NCBI GenBank assembly: GCA_963693365.1
Contig: CAVNZM010000007.1
Span: 4,461,962 to 4,525,961, forward strand
Length of the DNA stretch: 64,000 nt
Origin: Amoebidium appalachense
Taxonomy: Eukaryota > Protista > Ichthyosporea
Direction: 5' to 3'
Shown here piece after piece: positions 42,720 to 57,600 of this stretch; the first letter of the stretch is position 1; each line of letters starts with the position of its first letter. The notes below the pieces were generated by a model. That model saw nothing but the letters and a program-made list of their open reading frames with translations, was not told the origin of the DNA and searched no databases. The position numbers were made by a program, and so were the translations under genes.

Positions 42720-44730
42720 GATCAAAAATAAATTGAGTTCAGTCGTGTCTAAACATTGATGTCTGTTGTGTACACTGCTCCGATCGTTCCGTGTTTTGTT
42801 GTTGTGTGTCTGTGGTGTTTTCACACTGCACCACTGTGTCTCTGCTTCCGTCCCAACAGGTTATGCAGCCCTTTTGCACGCTCCCTACACACATCTAGAA
42901 CTAGCGATCGTTTTTCAATCATGGATCCAAACAAAACTGGTGTAAACAAAATAACCATGTGGAAAGGTAAAGGGAAGACTGGTCCCGATAGCAAAACCAC
43001 CTATTTTCAGTGGGAAATCATTTTTCTCGGCATGATGACCGGCACTAAAGGTGTCCGACTCGTGGATGTTGTGCTTGCTGACAACTATGTCCCCCCTACC
43101 ACCGTCGCGGTTGACGGTGAACCCCCCTTCTACGGCTACGGCACTACCGCGGAACTCAAGGAGGCCCACAATTGCCTCCTGCTCCATATGATTCAGAACA
43201 TCGACCCTTCCGTCACGGTACTCACCACCGATGCCCAGTACCGCATTGGCGTCACGGTGGACCCTGAACGGGCCATGTGGAAATTCCGTCAACACTACCT
43301 CCAAGGCAAACCAGATCAGATCCGCATGCTTCACCGTCAGTGGGATGCCTGTGCCCTTCAGCCCGGTGAATCATTCACCACCTACTTGAGTCGTCTGCAG
43401 ACCATCGTGAACCAGCTCCAGTCCCTCCAAGATGAGTCCATTCACTTCACTCGTCTAGCTGAGAAGTTCTTCAATGAACTCACCACCAGAGACGACCTCA
43501 CCCCTGAGTTCAACCGTCTTATCGAAGACTATCACTTCGGTGATAAGCTATTCCCCGACTTCGAGTCCCTGCACAACCACGTCAAAGGCATCGAGCTACG
43601 TCAAGACCTCAAGATGCAACTCCGTAACAACTGTGCCCACCGTGCCTCCAAGTCCAGCATGGCATTAAATGCCAGTGCTCCCCCCCGTGATCTTCCCCAC
43701 CGTGACTTACGCAACCGACTTGACCGTACTACCCCTGGCACGGACCTCCGAACTCGTCTCTCCCGTCAGCACACCCGATCTCGTTCCCCCACTGGCCTGC
43801 CTTCCGGTCCACATCTCGTTCCCCCAGTCGTTCCCGTTTCTCGGGTTCCCGTCGTTCTGATTCCCCGGCTCGTTCTAACATCCCGTCCGTGAATGCATGC
43901 TCCTACTGCCACGAGCCTGATCACAAGATCATCGATTGCCCCGAGCCGAAATGCCGTATGTCCAGACACAACCGTTCCCGTCAAGGCAATGAGAAATCTG
44001 TCTCCTTTGCTTTCTCTGCATACAATGCTAGCTCCGACAGTCCCCGTGTCTTCCGACCCTGCCTGGGATTCCGGGTGCAACATGACTGTCTGCCCCACCC
44101 GTGAGTTCTTCCATGATCTCACTCCCCTTCCGACACCGACTCCCGTTGCTGCCTTCAATGGAACCCCCGTCTTGGCCACCCACACCGGCCATATCGTCAT
44201 CAACACCACCACCGACCATGGCACTGCCACCCTTACCATTGAAGCCTACTACACCCCGTCTGGCCAAGCCTTCCTCATCTCAACATCCCAAGCTGCTGCC
44301 GAATACATCAAGGGTGATTTGAATGATGCCTCCACTCCGTCATTCCTCTTCGACCGACTCACCGGCCGTCACCTCGTCAACCTCCGTCTACACAACGGTC
44401 TGTATTACTTCAAGGACTACACCATTCAACCACCCACTCGTCCTGTGGCTCTGGCTGCCACTACCAGTGTTAACCCATCCATCTGGCACCATCGTCTGGG
44501 GCACCGTGCTATGACCAGCATCAAGGACATGGTGAAACACGACCTTGTTATTGGCCTCCCCTCGTCTGTCCTCGACTGTGATGTTCCTGATTGTCATGGC
44601 TGCATTATGGGTAAAACCACCAAGGCACCGTTCCAGGGTGACCGTCCTCACTCCAACATCCCCGGTCATGAATGGCATTGGGATTTTTTTGAGCCTACCA
44701 CAACATCGTACGGAGGTTCCAAGGTCACGG
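42720..44730 (+). mobile_element. Truncated, frameshifted Ty1/copia LTR retrotransposon (5' LTR end, PBS, gag, protease, start of integrase)
   Basis: LTR end ...CCCAACA at 42858, then PBS-like GGTTATGCAGCCC. gag starts at 42921; zinc knuckle CSYCHEPDHKIIDC, protease WDSGC, pre-integrase WHHRLGH...CHGC and HWDF lie in three different frames. The element breaks at a GA tract. The LTR 5' boundary is unresolved. Confidence 0.88.
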
Positions 44731-45760
44731 TGAGAGAGAGAGACCGAGAGACAGAGAGAGGGAGAGGAGGAAGAACGTGAAGAGAGAGAGACTGTCCGGA
44801 GAGCCTGGGGGAAGAGGGGGCGAGAGAGAGAGCATCAGCAAAGGCCACCCACCCATCCATTCGGTATCATTCGGGCATCATGGATATTAGAATGATAGTA
44901 CCCATACACGAACCCACCCTTCATCCAACAATATATCAGTCTGATACTCTTTTTGTTAAATCCTAATATCCGGTTATTTTAAGATATTAGAATGATATCC
45001 ATGTCTAGATATCATTCTGATATTGGAATAGCCCCCGAAAAAGCCCGAAAAGCCCCCGAAAAAAGGCGTTGTTCTACTTGTTGCTCTATCCTTTGGCCAT
45101 CCCGCTATGTATCATTCTGATAACATAATAGATATTGGAATGATACATACCCTCAAATGCTCTACGTTAATCAGATAGGGGTAAACATATCTGAATGAGA
45201 CTTGAATAGTACATTACAAAGTACAAAAAGTGCCCTCGTTGGTCATAAACGGTTATCCAAATGATATCATAATGATATCATTGCAAGAACGGGAGGTGTA
45301 TTATAATATCTTTGTATGCCCTATTATGGTATTGGTATGATAGAAGAAAATGAAATTATCTTCCTTTCCTGATATCAGAATGGTCTCATTCTAATACCGT
45401 GAATGATATCCAAATGATATCTATTGTAGAAAAGGGGGTGTATTATAATATCTTTGAATGCCCTATTATGGTATTGGTATGATAGAGGAAAATGTAACGA
45501 AATTCCTTTCCTAATATCATATTGGTGTCATTCTAATATCCGATTCGTGAATTCCAAAACCTCATATCATAATAGCACTATTCCAATATCTTAAAATCGT
45601 GGAACATTTAAATCTGTACCCTATTATAGTATCATAATTGAGAGACATGTATATCATTATGGTCACCTTTGATTGAACGGTTGTGGGCATCATAATGGTC
45701 ACTTAAAATATATCATTCGTGTACCATAATGGTACCATTTTATTGATTCCTTCCGTCGAC

Positions 45761-45795
<35 letters not shown>

Positions 45796-46033
45796 CGATC
45801 TGCTATTAGCACTAAACTGTATTCAGACTTAGAAAACAAAAAAAAAAATTCTAAGTAAAATTTTTTATTAAGTAAATCTCAAAAAAATTTCTAAGTCTCG
45901 CTCAAAGAGAACTACGTATCATGATGTTTTTCAAAAGTTCTAAGACACACGCCCAGCGTGTGTTAATACCGTCACATTTTAACCTTCCAAACAACCAAAA
46001 TAAAACATAACAATATACTAACATTTTTGTTAG

Positions 46034-47395
46034 TTAGTATACTAAATTATTATTTCTTTTAGTCTTGTGGTTCAATTTCTTGGGGGGGATCTTTATGGGT
46101 GATTTTGCGGGCCGCTTATTGGCGACGCGCGACGCCTCGTCGCTGCTGCCGCTCTCACGCTCCTTGTCCCCCGCACCGCCAACCACCGACCTGTTGCCGT
46201 CCAACAGCTTGAGGTCCACCACCTTCTCTTTGGACTGCTTCGTGGAGGGCTTGTCGTCTCCCTTCTCGTCTTGCACATCAGCTGACAGGCTGAGGACTGC
46301 CTTCTCCCGGGCCTTGCAGATCTTTTCCCAGGTCTTTGCATACTGGGTTGGGACAGAAGGAGATTGTGTGAGTGTTTTTAACTTTTCTGGCTAGCCTGAG
46401 CATGTATGTACCTGGGAAAAATGCTATCACAATGTTACCATACCAAACCTAAAGATGCCATGATAGGATGATACTTGCCCACGCTTAGGAGATATCCTTA
46501 AAACACTACGATGATACGTAACCCATACATACGACTTATCAATATCATCTTTTCGATATCCATACGTTGTCTTTCGGACCGGAGCTAAAACACAATGATG
46601 GGGGGGGGGGGGGGGGGGGGGGGGTTGAATGCAGAACACGGTACGAAATACGCATACACGATGAGAAGCATGGTGCAGGACACATGCAAAGGCAAACATT
46701 CAAGTATGCAACATCAGCCATGTGCACAGTATGCGTCATAAGCAGAGCCCATCCTCAGGGAGGACCCGGGGGGGGGGGGGGGGGTAGTTGTTTACCTTGC
46801 TGATCTCTGATGGCCGAGCACCACCCTCGTAGTCAGGCATGTCAGCTCCATACTTCACAGCTGACCACGAAATCTGAGTGGCAGACTTGTGGGCCATTGG
46901 ATCCCGCAGTCCGCACTCAAATGTGTGGAGCATGAAGCTGAAGAGCTCGGGCAACGCCTTTTGAAACTCCTGTGTGGGTGTTGGTGTGTGTGTTGCGTGT
47001 ACGTACACGTAAGCATGTGTGTATGTGGTGATGAGGAAAGGGGGTATTCTCCATTAGCAGCAAATAAAACCGAATTCGACAATGAAAAATCTGAAATGAC
47101 TTGAGGAAGTGGGAAGCTGAATGGATACTGGATAACCATGCATGTACCGTTTCTCTGAGTGATAAGGATTTGATGTCTTGTGTGGTTATGTGTTGGTGAT
47201 TCGTACGTGGGACAACAGGGGGAAGTGGGAGGGAGGGAGTGGGAGGGAGGGAGTGGGAGTGAGTGTGTGTGTGTGTGGGGGGGGGGGGGGTCACAGTGCA
47301 TTAAGAATGAACCAATAAGGAAGAACAACAACATTAAACATGAATAAGCATGTTAAAAAAAGCAGCATGAGAAGATTTCGTCTTTGATTGGGGTG

Positions 47396-47441
<46 letters not shown>

Positions 47442-47712
47442 AATGGGCACAAACGTTAAGTGTCTTGAAGCTGCTGAGGCGGTTCTTGATGTAGGAGCCG
47501 TTGATGGGGGACATGCACATGATGCGGTGAAGGGCGGGGTTGCCCCATGGGTTGCCCGTCACCGGATCGACGCTGTACATGCGGCCACAGGGATGGTTGT
47601 TGCACTCAACTTGAACCTCCACCAACCACCCCTACCACGTCTTCTTGCGGTACCTAACCTGGTCTGCCAACTTGTCGGGGTCGGCGGCATTGACAGGGGC
47701 AACCTGGAACAT
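46034..47712 (-). pseudogene. Intron-containing cargo/accessory gene remnant inside the TIR element (possible DUF6532-like domain)
   Basis: In-phase GT-AG exons at ~47712-47455, 46969-46796 and 46342-46034, with an in-frame TAG at 47632-47634. Confidence 0.55.
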
Positions 47713-48666
47713 CTGTGTTGGTGGGCATGGAGGCATTTGACAGTTTTTTGGGAGGGGGGGGGGAGGGGGGAGGGGGGGGAGGGGAGGGGCTTTTGGTGTG
47801 TGTGTGTTTTTTTGTATGTGTGGGTGGGGAAGTGAGTGAGTGAGTGTGTGTGTGTGTTTGGAAGGGGGGGGGGGGGGGGTTAGAATGAATGAATAACACT
47901 AAATGCTAACATGTGAAACACGTTGTGCTGAAAGACAAAAGCACAAACTTATGAAGTCTAGAGAAGCAGAAAATAGCTTGAACGACTGGTGGAAGGGATG
48001 ATAGCTATAGTGCTAACAGCAAAAGTAGTGCCCACAGTCGCTGGTTCATGAACGTGAAAAGGCAACGTGCATCTGCAGCCAGCAGAACACACGCACACGC
48101 ACGCACACACACACACATACACACACACGCACACAGACACAGACACAGACACAGATATAATCACAGGCACGGACACAGACCAGACAGACAAACGCCATAT
48201 GCACAAAAGCAGGCAACACAAAACTAACCTTCAAACGGGAAAGGACCTGCGGACCTCCGGGAAGGGGGAAGAGAAATGGAGCAAACAACGTGCGTACAGG
48301 CTTAAACGGACAAAAAATTGCAAACTGGATTGGGTTTAGCCAATCACTATTTGCTATAGACCGGTTTAGTAACCGCCGCGCCTGATTAGGGAAAAGATAA
48401 AAATAGATTTCGGCTCGCGCGCGCGCGTGCATCAGCTTGGTGCCCTCAGCGGTAGTGCCCTTAGTCACAACTATCAGACTATGTTACGTGTCCTCCACTT
48501 CTTTGTTCTTGACCATTTTTTCGGCATGAAAGGGTTTCTGTTACTTCTTGCTGTCCTTCTTAGCGTGCTTGCTTGTCTTTTTTTCAACATGGGTGTCACT
48601 GGCGCTTTCGACTTCTTTGATATCACACGTGTACGTTGACACAAGCACGAATGCACACAGCCTCAC

Positions 48667-48707
48667 CCATACTCACACTCACACCCACAGCTCATGCTCA
48701 CACTCAA

Positions 48708-48778
<71 letters not shown>

Positions 48779-48798
48779 ACACACACACACACATGCAC

Positions 48799-48830
<32 letters not shown>

Positions 48831-49031
48831 GGCGCGCACACACAGGCGCGTACACACACACAGGCGCACACCTACACAACACACACAGCACATGCACACA
48901 CAAGTGCACGCACGCACACACACTGTTATCCCTGATCATGATGCCCCCTCCCCCCCCCTCCCTCTTCCCCCCCGCGCACCCCCCCCCCCCCCATACTCAC
49001 ACTCACACCCACAGCCCATGCTCACACTCAA

Positions 49032-49100
<69 letters not shown>

Positions 49101-49122
49101 GCACACAAACTCACACATGCAC

Positions 49123-49158
<36 letters not shown>

Positions 49159-49330
49159 CGCGCACACACAGGCGCGCACACACACACAGGCGCACACCTA
49201 CACAACACACACAGCACATGCACACACAAGTGCACGCACGCACACACACTGTTATCCCTGATCATGATGCCCCCTCCCCCCCCTCCCTCTTCCCCCCCCC
49301 GCGCACCCCCCCCCCCCCCCCCCCCCCCCC
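48667..49330 (+). repeat. Tandem duplication of a ~324-bp CA-rich unit
   Basis: CCATACTCACACTCACACCCACAGC...GTTATCCCTGATCATGATGCCCC occurs twice (starts ~48667 and ~48991). Confidence 0.8.
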
Positions 49331-49671
49331 ACCCCACCCACCCACCTACAAAGACGAAAACGTTTATCTGTGTTCCAGACCGTGTGCGCTCTACTCCTCT
49401 CCCCTCTCCCGCACACAATGAGCCCCCCCTCCTCCCCCCCCCCCCCCCCCCCCCCCCCCTGTGCATGCAGGAACGCACACATATGCACACGTGCGCATAC
49501 ATCATATATATGGCGGTTGAGTCACAACCCATTTGCAACCCACACACGTGTGCACGCATGGACGTCGCGCACACACACAACGGCACACACACATAAATGC
49601 TCGCGCGCTCACAGCACACATACACACACACTCACTCACAAACACGCACACACACACACACACACTCTCTC

Positions 49672-49709
<38 letters not shown>

Positions 49710-49842
49710 TCTCTCTTCTCTTTCTCTTTCTCTCTCTCTCTTTCTCTTTCTGTTGGAATACGTCACCATGTATGACAGCAAGAGCCTTGAAGTATGTATG
49801 TGTCCTAGCTTGTTTGTATTCGTGTCTGCTTTCCCTCTTTGT

Positions 49843-49940
<98 letters not shown>

Positions 49941-51033
49941 CCCCCCCCCCCCCCGTATCTCTCTCTCCCTTGTTTCTGTGGGCACAGATATCTGTAGATC
50001 TGTGCACACCTGGCTCTCTTGCCTGATAAGAACTTATTGTGTTTTATTTCTGTTTGCTCTCCTCTGTTTATCTGAGAGGTAGCGTGATTGGCTAGCCTCA
50101 CTCGTTGTCTTTCCTTTATTTCAAAATGGCCTAGTTTTGTTCTCAAAAGGATGGCTCGCCAATAGTCGCGAGCGAGTACATCTGTAGATTGTGTTGTGCA
50201 TTCCTGTCTGTTAAATATATGTGTGTTGTGATTGGACAATAGATATATATGGAATTCGGTTTATTGCAAAGTGTCTTCACTTTGAGAGTGTCGACTATTG
50301 GGAAATATATGTATTTAAATAAGTTTCTTTATAGAGACGAACATAAATATATATGTGAGTTAATAGTGACTAGATGTATAATTACTTAATTTATTTAAGT
50401 AAGAGTTTCTACACTTTAGTTTAATCAGAAGTTGGAATGCGTATGCTCTGTCGGAATGTGTTTTTCTATCTTCTGATAGAACCGATTGGTTCTCCCTCTT
50501 TAGTTGTGATAAGGTGATAAGTCGCAAGTACAAAAGGAACCGAGAGCACAATAAAGATTCAGTTGTTGTTTGAAATCTTTTCAATTCTTGTGAACAACTC
50601 CGATTGCCCTCTCATTAATGTGTTAGTCGTGTTTTACATGACACCTCTGTGCACTCTGCTCCCTTAGACCCGTACAAAAAACAACACTTTCCCTCTTTCT
50701 CTGATCTGTCTCTCTCTCTCTCCCTCTTCCTTCTCTCTCTCTCTAGTAGTGGCAAGTGGAAAGAAAAAATAGGTGATACCCTACTTGGTTTTTTTCTTCT
50801 CAATTTTATCTAAATCTCATCATGATAGGGTATTTTTGGTTTACGTATACACTTGGCTCAGCTTGCATGTACGGGAAACACAAGTTAAGCATGTTAAATA
50901 ACGATACATTGACATATTTCAACCTGTTGACTATCAGTATCTATCATGGGCTTAGTGATTACGACCCCGTCTCAACATTGACATCGTAAAAACCAATAAA
51001 CTGTCTGATCCAAATCACAATGGACCCAATATC

Positions 51034-51068
<35 letters not shown>

Positions 51069-51098
51069 TATGGAACTTTCATGGTGTTACACGGAACT

Positions 51099-51131
<33 letters not shown>

Positions 51132-51454
51132 ACTCATATACTCTTTGAACTCGCAAAGAACCAATCCCTAATACTTGTACATGTATTGCATACACAAATA
51201 TACTCGCACATATACATACACACATTCACTTTAATCTTTCAGGCTACATGTGCAATATACATTTATTATGCACAGTCGATTAAGAATTCGTTGTGAAAAC
51301 CCCCCCCCCCCCCCCCCCCCCCCCCCTCCCTCGTTCCCTCCATATGCAATGGGGATAATATTGTTTCCCGCTATTAATTAAAAAATCACCGTTCTAACTT
51401 CCTAAGACCGAACCACTTGTAACACCGACAGTTTCGGTTGTGTTGAAACCCCCC

Positions 51455-51490
<36 letters not shown>

Positions 51491-51947
51491 ACCCACCACC
51501 ACCTTACCAATATACGTTACATATTGGTACAATATCACCAATACTAATTAAATGTCGTCACGTGTGATGGTGATGGCATCCATGTAGCTCTGCAGCAGTG
51601 TGTGTGTGCGGTGCGTGTGTGTGTGGTGTGGAGGCCTGGGGTGGGGGGGGTGGGGGGGGGGGGGGGGAGGGGGGAGGGGACAGGGGGGGGGGGGGGGGGG
51701 GGGGGATAGACAAATACCAGACATGCATAATTGCACATTCTTTTGCAGCTACAGTTTGATGATATTTACCCACCGTGTGCACCACTTGTGACCCCAGTCT
51801 TCCGAGGTGGTGTCATAGGTGGGCGTCAACACCAATAAATTGACTGGTGACGGGTGTACAACCAAAGAAACTCAGCAGCACATATAATAACGTTGATGCT
51901 ATGCCCTGCCTAGTTGACGTAATAATTAGTGCACCATCGCACGCGTG

Positions 51948-51984
<37 letters not shown>

Positions 51985-52059
51985 GGGTGTGTTTTTGCCG
52001 CGCCGTACCCCTGATATTGTAAGTGTACACTGCCCCCACAACCCCAACTGTGTGCTGAA

Positions 52060-53570
52060 TATCTCGTGCTAGGAAACCAATAACGCGAAAGTAACACATG
52101 CTGCATGATATATGATGTATATGGTACAAGGGGGGTTTCAATCCGGGCTACAATGTTGTGTTTTTTTCGGGTGACCCTCGTACTCCAGAGGCACACTCAC
52201 CATCCCCCCCATAAACTTTGTGGTAAATTTCTCGTGCCAGAAGCTGTTCTGTGGGTAGTTATTGAAAAACCAATAATGTCTAGGTAACATATGTACATAT
52301 ACTATGCTACAAGGGGGGTTCTATACGAGCTACAACGTTGTGTTTTTTTTGTGTGACCCTCGTACTCCAGGGGCACATTCCCCATCCCCCCCATAAACTG
52401 TGTGGTAAATTTCTCGTGCTAGAAGCTGTTCTGTGGGTAGTTATTGAAAAAACCAATAATGTGTAAGCAACACATGTACATATACTATGCTACAAGGGGC
52501 GTTCTATTCGAGCTACAACGTTGTGTTTTTTTCGTGTGACCCTCGTACTCCAGGGGCACATTTACCTTCCCCCCCATAAACTTTGTGGTAAATTTCTCGT
52601 GCTAGAGGCTGTTCTGTTGGTAGTTATTGAAAAAACCAAAAATGTCTAGGTAACACATGGACATATACTATGCTACAAGGGGGGTTCTATACGAGCTACA
52701 ACGTTGTGTTTTTTTCGTGTGACCCTCGTACTCCAGGGGCACATTCACCATCCCCCCCATAAACTTTGTGGTAAATATCTCGTGCTAGAAGCTGTTCTGT
52801 TGGTAGTTATTGAAAAAACCCAAAAATGTCTAGGTAACACATGGACATATACTATGCTACAAGGGGGGTTCTATACTAGCTACAACGTTGTGTTTTTTTC
52901 GTGTGACCCTCGTACTCCAGGGGCACATTCACCATCCCCCCCATAAACTGTGTGGTAAATTTCTCGTGCTAGAAGCTGTTCTACTGGGTAGTTATTGAAA
53001 AAACCAACTTGATGTGTAAGCAACACATGTACATATACTATGCTACAAGTGGGGTTCTATTCGAGCTACAACGTTGTGTTTTTTTCGTGTGACCCTCGTA
53101 CTCCAGGGGCACATTTACCATCCCCCCCATAAACTTTGTGGTAAATTTCTCGTGCTAGAGGCTGTTCTGTTGGTAGTTATTGAAACTTTAAATAATGTCT
53201 AGGTAACATATGTACATATACTATGCTACAAGGGGGGTTCTATACGAGCTACAACGTTGTGTTTTTTTCGTGTGACCCTCGTAATGCAGGGGCACATTCA
53301 CCATCCCCCCCATAAACGATTTGGTAAATTTCCCGTGCTAGAGGCTGTTCTGTGGGTAGTTATTGAAAAATTCAATAATGTCTAGGTAACACATGGACAT
53401 ATACTATGCTACAAGGGGGGTTCTATACGAGCTACAACGTTGTGTTTTTTTCGTGTGACCCTCGTACTCCAGGGGCACATTCACCATCCCCCCTTATAAT
53501 TTGTGGTGAATTTCTCATGGTAGAAGCTACTCTGTGGGTAGTTATTGAAAAAACTCGATGCTTATAAGTA
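52060..53570 (+). repeat. Tandem array, ~183-186-bp unit, ~8 copies
   Basis: CATATACTATGCTACAAG recurs at 52296, 52479, 52662, 52846, 53032, 53215 and 53398. Confidence 0.92.
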
Positions 53571-53808
53571 ACGCATCATGCGGCACAAATTGTCATCATA
53601 GCATTATACTACCATCATAGTTGGTCGACAATAACGATATATTGGGAACGTGGACACCATATTGTAAACCAAAAAATAATACCACCATAATATACTACAC
53701 ATACCTAACAATGTATTGTGAATGAATAAAATACTTGCTTACGTGCTGGTAAAATACGAGAAACAAGGATTCTCTCGCTCCTTTTTTTTCTTCTTTTTTG
53801 TTTGTTTT

Positions 53809-53851
<43 letters not shown>

Positions 53852-54050
53852 ATGTATGTGTGTGTGTATGTGCTCGGTTGAGAGGGAAGGGGGGGGGCGG
53901 ATGCACCGTGTGTGTGCATGTGTGCACGTGTGTGTGTGTGTGTGCTCTGTGGAGAGGGAATGGGAGGGGAGGAAATGCACCGTGTGTGTGCATATGTGTG
54001 TGTGTCTCTCTGTATGTGTGTGTGTGTGTGTTGTGTGTTTGTGTGTGTGT

Positions 54051-54107
<57 letters not shown>

Positions 54108-54613
54108 ATCAATGATAAGCCGGCCATGTGTTTATCATGGCGCACCGGTAAATGAATGTGGCGATTATGTGTAAATATATAAACGGAAATACATTATAAA
54201 AAAGGACTCACTCAACGAGATGAACGAGCGTTACAAAACGTACGTGTCTGCCCCCCCCCTCCCCCCCCCCCCCCCCCCCCCCCCGCCCCCCACCCAACCC
54301 CCCCTGTCTTCCCCTCCTTCCCACTACGACCCCCCCGGCCCCACCCCCCCCCCCCTGCACGTGTCTAGGCGTATAGATCCTACAGGTAACGATGGCAGGG
54401 TTAGGGTTATTCAGTGAAAGAGTGACAATACATAACCAACTGCAGTGTACATATGCGTGGATGCCCCAGTGATCGTGTTAATGGCCTCTATAATCATCAT
54501 AGTGGTCATCATTAAAGCCCCATACGACCACCATAAGGATCGCTAGTTATACCCCCATACGATCATCATAGTGATATCATTCTATGCCTCATACGATCAT
54601 CATAATGATCACA

Positions 54614-57600
54614 TACCAAGCTGCGCAACCTTCTGCACCTCGAAATTCTGGACTCGGCGGCTTTTCAGCCTGATGCGCTCGGTAACATTCGACAACAGAA
54701 ATTTATGGACGCCGGCAAAACCGCTGTGGACATGCTTCGCGGGCGGTTGCAGAAACAGCTGGCCTTTTTCGAGCGGGCGGACGGATCCCCCCGCCATGTG
54801 ACTGCGTCCCAGGAGGTGGCGGCTTTTTATCGTGCGTGGTTGGATCGGATTGGCGCACCGCGGGCTGCTGCCGGAAATTAAATGGCTCAACAATCTCAAC
54901 CTCTTTCTTTTTTGTTTTGGAATGTTCATGGTTTACAATCCCCGCAATTGCAATACATTTTTGACTCTGTTCGTGCCTATTCTTTTGTTGTTCTTGCCGA
55001 GACATGGTTCTATAATCATCATCAGTTGGAGCAATCCGGATTTTTGATTGGGTCTTCGTCATCGACTGGTTTCTCCCGAGGCGGCATCGCGGTTTTAGCC
55101 AATCCTAGCATTCGTTCGGATTGCAGGGTCATTGCGGCGCATGAGTATTTCGTCACCATTCAGTTTCGTGCGTGGACTTTGTCTTTCGTGTACTTTCCTC
55201 CGTCGTTAGGTACTGCCACTTTGTCAGCCGTGGTTAACCAAATTCCCGTTTCTCAAGTTTTTATTGGTGACTTCAATTGTCCAGTGGTTCCGTGTGATAG
55301 GGAACATACCCCTCCCCAGCACAGTTTCGTCCTTTTTCTGACCGTGCTCGTGTCCTCGCCAACCTTCTTCGAAAGCACCTTGTCCGTCTTCCTCGCGTTT
55401 TCGTTACCCACGCGACTGACTGGGGTGCCTCGTTTTGGGACTCCACCCTTCGAGTAATTTTCCCACCCGATTCCTTACGGCGTAGTTCGGACCATTCCCC
55501 TGTAGAATTTTCGGTTTCCTTCCCTGTTCACTTCGGCGGGGCTACTCAGACTAACCGCCGCCTCTTATCTCGCGGTTTCAAGCACAAGTTAAACCAGTTA
55601 CTCGCTGTCAAGGAGTATGAGTCGGCTCATGGCTTCTTTCTTGCCGCAGTGCGCGATGCCCGTGCGCAGCGGAACCCGGCTATTTTGGAGGTTTGTTATA
55701 ATGAGTTTGTTGAGTTCCTATTTGCCCTTGGCGAGCAGGTGGTGGGCACGGTTGAGTACCCTTCCGTTCGGCTGAGACAGTCTCACGTTTTGCAGTCCCT
55801 ACGACAGTTGTTGCCTCTACAGGAAGCATTATCGGTCTGGAAATCCGCCGGTCGGTTTGGGCCTTCCGTGCAAGTCTATGCCCCGTCTCCTTCCATCTCC
55901 GTTGCTGAATCCGTCGATGACTATTATGCATCCCTATTTTCGCTTCCTAACGTGTCCATGGTTCCATCACCGCCCGCTGGCCTCTCCCAGCCGCCAAGTT
56001 GGGAGCCGGACCGATCGTTCCCGGGCACTTTTCATAGTTATTTCAACTCTTCGGCTGTTTTTGGTGCTATACGGGCGTTAAAACCCCGCAAGGCGTGCGG
56101 GCCGGATGCTCTTCCTCCCGTGCTTTTCAAGGTTCTTTCTCCCGTGCTTCCGCCCCGTAATCGTGCAGAGTCCCCCCCGCCCCCGCCTTTTGCTGTCCTT
56201 CTTAGTGAGTTTTTTTCGGCTTTTTTTCGAACTCGGGTTTATTCCAAATTCGTGGCTTGACACAATCGTTACGCCCGTTCGTAAGAAGGTATCGCAGGGG
56301 GTCATTAACGACTTTCGTCCCGTCACACTTACCAACGTTTTTCGTCGGCTCTTCGAGGGTTGCATGCTTCGCGCGTTTAACACCGACGATTCTTTAAACG
56401 CCGTGTTCCGTCTTTCTTCCCTTCAAGGGGGCTTTCGTCATGCCTATTCGTGTTATACTCACAGTCTGTTACTCCATGAATCCATTACTTCTGGCTCTCC
56501 ACACGTTGTCTTCATCGACCTTAAGAACGCCTACGACACCGTACCCACTGGTTTGTTATGGCATAAGCTAGCTATGCGGGGCTTACCAGCCCCCTTTGGC
56601 CGTCTTCTGCAAGCGTTGTTCGATACCACTCGCGGACGCGCGGCGGTCAATGGAACATTAACACCCGGTTTTTCCCGTTCCCGGGGTCTTCTGCAGGGGT
56701 CCCTCCTGAGTCCGTTGTTGTTTGACGTTTTCATTGACGATTTAGCCTGCGCCCTCGAACCCTTTGGCCAACTACATACCCGTCGTGTACCGGGTCTCCT
56801 TTTTGCGGACGATATTGTTCTTTGTTCCTTAACCGAAGATGTCATGCACCAGATGCTTCGTCAGGTGGATCAATGGTGCACCGAGAATTTCATGACAGTC
56901 GGAATTGCAAAGTGTGCTACTTTTTCGAAGAACACCTCCTTTCGATTGGCCGGCCTTCCTATTCCTGTTCAGAGCACCTATGACTATTTGGGTATTCCTT
57001 TTACTGCACGGGGTATTGATTTCCGCAAGCTCCTCACAGCACGGATCGCTCGTGCGAAGGGTAAGCTTCATATCGTGTCAAATATGTTTCAACAGGAGTC
57101 TGTGATCCATCCTGCGAACCTTCTTCTCTACTATAAAACTTTTTTACGGCCGACTTTCGAATATGGACTTCCGCTATTGGCCTGCGCCCCACCTCGCGAG
57201 GCGGCAATGGCGCTGAACGAGTTCGACGATTTTCAGGGTACTGCGCTACGCACTTTGTTTCGTACTCGGTTTGTGCCTCCCTTAATCAGTATGTTTGGTT
57301 TGTCGTCTGCTGTTTGTCGTATGGAGGAATTGTCTCTTCGTTTTTGTTTTCATTTAGTTAGGCTACCTGATGGTCACCCTCTTTATGCTTTCTTTCCCCC
57401 CCCTCCCCCCATTCCTCTTCCCCCCCGATTCACCAACGCTACTTCTGAATGTCCTCAGCCTACCCTCTTTCCACCTGATTCTTCCTCTCGCTATCTCACT
57501 CCCTCTTTCTTTTCTCTTCCTGTTTTTTCTGCCTTTTCGCGTTATTACCATACGCAGTATAAGTTTCTTTCTCGTTCTGATAGAGAAATCAAAGGTAAAA

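Noticed and set aside
51550-51920. Possible decayed exons inside the TIR element
   Set aside because: Splice-like signals exist, but there are multiple stops and no recognisable domain.
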